A DNA stretch of 64,000 nucleotides from Thermoanaerobaculia bacterium (lineage in GTDB: Bacteria; Acidobacteriota; Thermoanaerobaculia; UBA5066; Gp7-AA6): the NCBI GenBank assembly GCA_035506175.1, contig DATJPZ010000078.1, positions 12,283 to 76,282 on the forward strand, read 5' to 3'. Both the position numbers and the translations under genes were made by a program. This document shows, piece after piece, positions 60,754 to 64,000 of the stretch. The notes beneath the pieces were generated by a model. That model was given only the letters and a program-made list of their open reading frames with translations. It was not told where the DNA came from and made no database searches. Each line of letters begins with the position of its first letter. Positions within the stretch are counted from its first letter, which is position 1.

Positions 60754-61899
60754 TTGTCGCGGCCTCTTTTCCATGAGGAGTACGTTAAAGCGGTGAGCTC
60801 GGGTCTGGTCTCGCGGCGCGCCCTCCTCTCCTGGGCGCGGGGTCGCACGGTGACCCCCCAGCGCCTCTGGCCGGTGCTGCGCGAGCGCGGTGGTTTGGAG
60901 TCACTCCTGGCCTCCGACGAGGACGAGCTCGCCGCGGAATTCAAATCTCAGGATCTGGCCCGGGCGGTCCTGCGCGGCGCCGACGACGGCGAGGGGCTGC
61001 GGTGGGCCGCCGGCCTGGAACGCGGCGGCGTCCGGCTCCTGACGGCCTTCGAGGACGAGTACCCCGCGGCGCTGCGCGAGATCTCCGACCCGCCGTTCGT
61101 CCTCCATGCGCTTGGACGCGTCGAGCGATTGCGCCTGCCCGCCGTCGCGATCGTCGGCTCCCGGGACGCATCCCGCTACGGCAGGGACGTCGCCTGGAAG
61201 CTCGCCCGGGAGCTGTCGGCGGCGGGCGTGACGGTCGTTTCCGGATTCGCCCGCGGCGTCGACGCCTCGGCGCACGAGGCGGCCCTCGAGGGCCCGGGCG
61301 GCACGATCGCGGTGCTCGGCTGCGGCCTGGACGTGGACTATCCGCGGGAGCACGCGCGGCTGAAGGAGAGGATGGCTCTGGAGCACCTGCTCGTCTCGGA
61401 GTACCCGCTCGGTTCCGAGCCGCGCCCCCAGAACTTCCCGATCCGCAACCGCATCATCGCGGGGCTGTCGTCCGGCGTCGTGGTCGTCGAGGCGTCGCGG
61501 CGGTCGGGGTCGCTCATCACGGCGCGCCTGGCCAACGACTTCGGGCGCGACGTCTTCGCGGTGCCGGGATCGGTGTTCTCGCCGACTTCGGTGGGCGCGC
61601 ACGAGCTCCTGCGCGACGGCGCGATCCTCTGCCGCGGTGCCGAGGACGTGCTCGCCGAGCTCTTCCCGTCGATCGGAACGCCGCGCCCGGCGGCGGTCTC
61701 GCCGGCGGCGGTGGAGATCTCGGCCGAGGCGCGCCGTATCTTCGACGCGCTCTCGCGCGAGGAAGGCCTCTCGGCCGAAGACCTCGCGCGCGCGCTCGAC
61801 CTGCCCGCGGCGACGGTGCTCGCGAGCCTCTTCGAGCTCGAAGGCGCCGGCATCGCGGTCGCAGTCGCCGGCGGGCGATACGGGGTCATGCGGCGATGA
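60754..61899 (+). CDS. dprA: DNA processing protein DprA (Smf)
   Basis: 381 aa. VAIVGSRDASRYGRDVA...VVSGFARGVDASAHEAAL...TIAVLGCGLDVDYPREH...SRRSGSLITARLA. The start (TTG 60754 or GTG 60793) is uncertain. Confidence 0.92.
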   Translation: MSRPLFHEEYVKAVSSGLVSRRALLSWARGRTVTPQRLWPVLRERGGLESLLASDEDELAAEFKSQDLARAVLRGADDGEGLRWAAGLERGGVRLLTAFEDEYPAALREISDPPFVLHALGRVERLRLPAVAIVGSRDASRYGRDVAWKLARELSAAGVTVVSGFARGVDASAHEAALEGPGGTIAVLGCGLDVDYPREHARLKERMALEHLLVSEYPLGSEPRPQNFPIRNRIIAGLSSGVVVVEASRRSGSLITARLANDFGRDVFAVPGSVFSPTSVGAHELLRDGAILCRGAEDVLAELFPSIGTPRPAAVSPAAVEISAEARRIFDALSREEGLSAEDLARALDLPAATVLASLFELEGAGIAVAVAGGRYGVMRR

Positions 61900-61903
61900 C
61901 GAG

Positions 61904-61980
61904 ACGGGAGGCAGAAGACAGGGTACGGGAGGCAGGAAGTCGTTGTCGGCACTCGGCTAAACCGTCTTTTCCCTGCCTCC
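61904..61980. other. Repeated 12-15-nt motif (two direct copies, one inverted) in the dprA-topA spacer
   Basis: acgggaggcagaaga (61904..61918), acgggaggcaggaag (61925..61939), and the inverted partner cctgcctcc (61972..61980), which gives a 9-bp stem with a ~35-nt loop. Confidence 0.35.
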
Positions 61981-62104
61981 TGCCCCGCACCGCCGGCCTT
62001 CCCGGGAATACGGTCCTGTTGATACTCGGCGCCACGGGTCGGTTTGCTCTTTCGCGCCTGATGTGAGACCGTCCGTCGCCCTGTAAGACGCGTCCAGCAA
62101 CAAA

Positions 62105-64000
62105 ATGCCCAAATCCCTCGTCATCGTCGAGTCGCCGGCCAAGGCGAAAACCCTCGAGAAGTTCCTCGGCCGCGATTTCAAAGTGCTCGCCTCGTACGGC
62201 CACGTGCGCGACCTGCCGCGCAAGGGCCTCGGGGTGGATCGGGCCCACGGGTACGAGCCGTCGTACGAGCTCCTGACCGGCAAGGAAAAGACGATCAACG
62301 AGCTCAAGAAGGCGGCGAAGACGGCCGAGAACGTCTACCTCGCGGCCGACCCCGATCGCGAGGGCGAGGCGATCTCCTGGCACCTTCAGGAAGCGCTCAA
62401 GCCCGGCGCGGGCAAGACCATATTCCGGCGCGTCCGCTTCAACGAGATCACCAAGAAGGCCGTGCTCGCCGCGATGGAGCAGGCCGGCGAGATCGACGGC
62501 CGGCTCGTCGACGCGCAGCAAGCGCGACGCATCATCGACCGGCTCGTCGGCTACGAGGTCTCCGACCTGCTCTGGAAGAAGATCTGGCGCGGGCTCTCGG
62601 CCGGCCGCGTGCAGACGGTCGCGCTGCGGATCATCTGCGAGCGCGAGAACGAGATCGAGGCTTTCGTTCCCGTCGAGTACTGGACGGTGGACGCCCAGCT
62701 CGAGCCGGCGCCGACGCCGGCTTCGAGGACGTCGAATCCGCCGATCCCCTTCACGGCGCGCCTTTCGACCTTCGACGGCGAGAAGCTCAAGTTCGACGGC
62801 ACCGACCCCCGCCTCGGGAACGAAGCCGCCGCCTTCCGCGTCCGGGACGAGGTCTCGGGCGCGACCTGGACGGTCACCGCCGTCGAGAGTTCGGAGCGCC
62901 GCAAGAACCCGGCGCCGCCCTTCATCACCTCGCAGCTCCAGCAGGCGGCCGCGCGCCGGCTCTCCTTCGCCGTGCGCCGCACGATGCAGATTGCCCAGCG
63001 GCTCTACGAGGGCCGCGAGATCCCGGGCCGCGGCACCGTCGGCCTCATCACCTACATGCGCACGGACTCGACGCGCGTCTCCCAGGAGGCGCTGACCGCG
63101 GTGCGCGAGCACATCGGCGCGACCTACGGCGCGCCGTCGCTTCCCGAAGCGCCGCGCTACTTCAAGAGCCGGCGCGACACGCAGGACGCGCACGAGGCGA
63201 TCCGGCCGACGTACCTCGACCTTCCCCCCGAGGAAGTCGAGAAGTACGTGGCGCCCGACGAGGCGAAGCTCTACCGCCTGATCTGGCAGCGATTCGTGGC
63301 GTCGCAGATGTCGCCGGCGGTCTACGACACGACCGCGGCCGAGATCACCGCGGGCAAGGCCGTCTACCGCGCGTCCGGCTCGACGCTGAAGTTCGCCGGG
63401 TACCTTGCCGCCTACGGAATTTCCGACGAAGACGAAGACGACGCCGACAAGGACTCGCCGAAGCTGCCGCCGCTGTCCGAAGGCGAGGTGCTGAAGCTCC
63501 TCGAGGCCAAACCCGAGAAGAAGGAGACGCAGCCGCCGCCGCGCTTCAACGAGGCGTCGCTCGTGAAGTTTCTCGAGGAAAACGGCATCGGCCGCCCGTC
63601 GACCTACGCCGAGATCCTCCGCAAGATCGAAGAGCGGCGGTACGTCCACCGCAAGGACCGCCGCTTCATCCCGACGGCGCTCGGGCGCACGGTCATCGAG
63701 CTCCTGATTCCGTACTTCGACGACTTCTTCGAGACCTCCTACACGGCCCGCATGGAGCAGGCGCTCGACGAGGTCGAAGAGGGCAAGCTCCCGTGGACCA
63801 GGGCGCTCGCGGAGTTCGACAAGACCTTCACGCGCGACCGCAACCGCGCGCTCGACGACATGGTCTCGGGGAAGGCCGGGATTCCGCTCGCGCAGGCGAA
63901 GAAGTTGAAGCTCTCGGTCGTTCCCGCGATCGACGAGAAGTGTCCCCAGTGCGGCAAGAAGTTGAAGCTCCGCATGGGCAAGAACGGCCTCTTCATCGCG
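62105..64000 (+). CDS. topA: DNA topoisomerase I (5' 632 codons; continues beyond the window)
   Basis: Not in the ORF track (open at the window end). Hand translation from ATG 62105: MPKSLVIVESPAKAKTLEKFLGRDFKVLASYGHVRDLP... The last visible codons, CPQCGKKLKLRMGKNGLFIA, begin the zinc-ribbon region. Confidence 0.95.
   Translation, partial: MPKSLVIVESPAKAKTLEKFLGRDFKVLASYGHVRDLPRKGLGVDRAHGYEPSYELLTGKEKTINELKKAAKTAENVYLAADPDREGEAISWHLQEALKPGAGKTIFRRVRFNEITKKAVLAAMEQAGEIDGRLVDAQQARRIIDRLVGYEVSDLLWKKIWRGLSAGRVQTVALRIICERENEIEAFVPVEYWTVDAQLEPAPTPASRTSNPPIPFTARLSTFDGEKLKFDGTDPRLGNEAAAFRVRDEVSGATWTVTAVESSERRKNPAPPFITSQLQQAAARRLSFAVRRTMQIAQRLYEGREIPGRGTVGLITYMRTDSTRVSQEALTAVREHIGATYGAPSLPEAPRYFKSRRDTQDAHEAIRPTYLDLPPEEVEKYVAPDEAKLYRLIWQRFVASQMSPAVYDTTAAEITAGKAVYRASGSTLKFAGYLAAYGISDEDEDDADKDSPKLPPLSEGEVLKLLEAKPEKKETQPPPRFNEASLVKFLEENGIGRPSTYAEILRKIEERRYVHRKDRRFIPTALGRTVIELLIPYFDDFFETSYTARMEQALDEVEEGKLPWTRALAEFDKTFTRDRNRALDDMVSGKAGIPLAQAKKLKLSVVPAIDEKCPQCGKKLKLRMGKNGLFIA

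Overview
High-GC (roughly 70% by eye) bacterial chromosome segment spanning the replication-origin neighbourhood of a diderm organism. The phylum cannot be assigned from sequence alone; the style is Acidobacteriota, Myxococcota or Gemmatimonadota-like. The core part (about 24.2-64 kb) is a classic origin region. On the minus strand, reading leftwards: rpmH-rnpA-yidD-yidC-jag-mnmE-mnmG-rsmG-parA-parB, then a bactofilin gene and an F1Fo ATP synthase operon (b', b, delta, alpha, gamma, beta, epsilon) that lacks the a and c subunits. On the plus strand, reading rightwards: dnaA-dnaN-recF-gyrB-gyrA, a degenerate transaldolase-like gene coupled to a small DUF507-like gene, a MocR/PdxR-like regulator with pdxS-pdxT, an enoyl-CoA hydratase, an NAT-like protein, then dprA-topA. 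Two perfect palindromic parS sites and DnaA-box clusters on both sides of dnaA are visible. The dnaA-dnaN spacer is sharply AT-rich and is the candidate oriC/DUE. The left part (0.27-21.8 kb) is an accessory cell-envelope island. It holds two unrelated secreted proteins (a propeller/Ig protein and a metzincin protease) that share a three-repeat Cys-rich SLH-like C-terminal module, and an OmpR/HK two-component pair. It also holds a sulfatase-fold lipoprotein with Thr at the nucleophile position, and a 1290-aa fusion enzyme (CsaB-like pyruvyltransferase + coiled coil + GT2 + GT1). The most unusual element is a five-gene minus-strand cassette. In it, two GT-C-type polytopic glycosyltransferase-like genes bracket three tandem, signal-peptide-bearing, tail-fibre-like paralogues with endosialidase-type (peptidase S74-like) C-terminal intramolecular chaperone domains. 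A second unusual envelope operon (56.6-60.7 kb) encodes a TPR lipoprotein, a second lipoprotein and a 993-aa peptidase-MA / TolB-like propeller / Omp85-barrel fusion. No rRNA, tRNA, CRISPR array, transposase or integrase was recognised. Many very long ORFs in the track are GC-driven shadow ORFs and were discarded.
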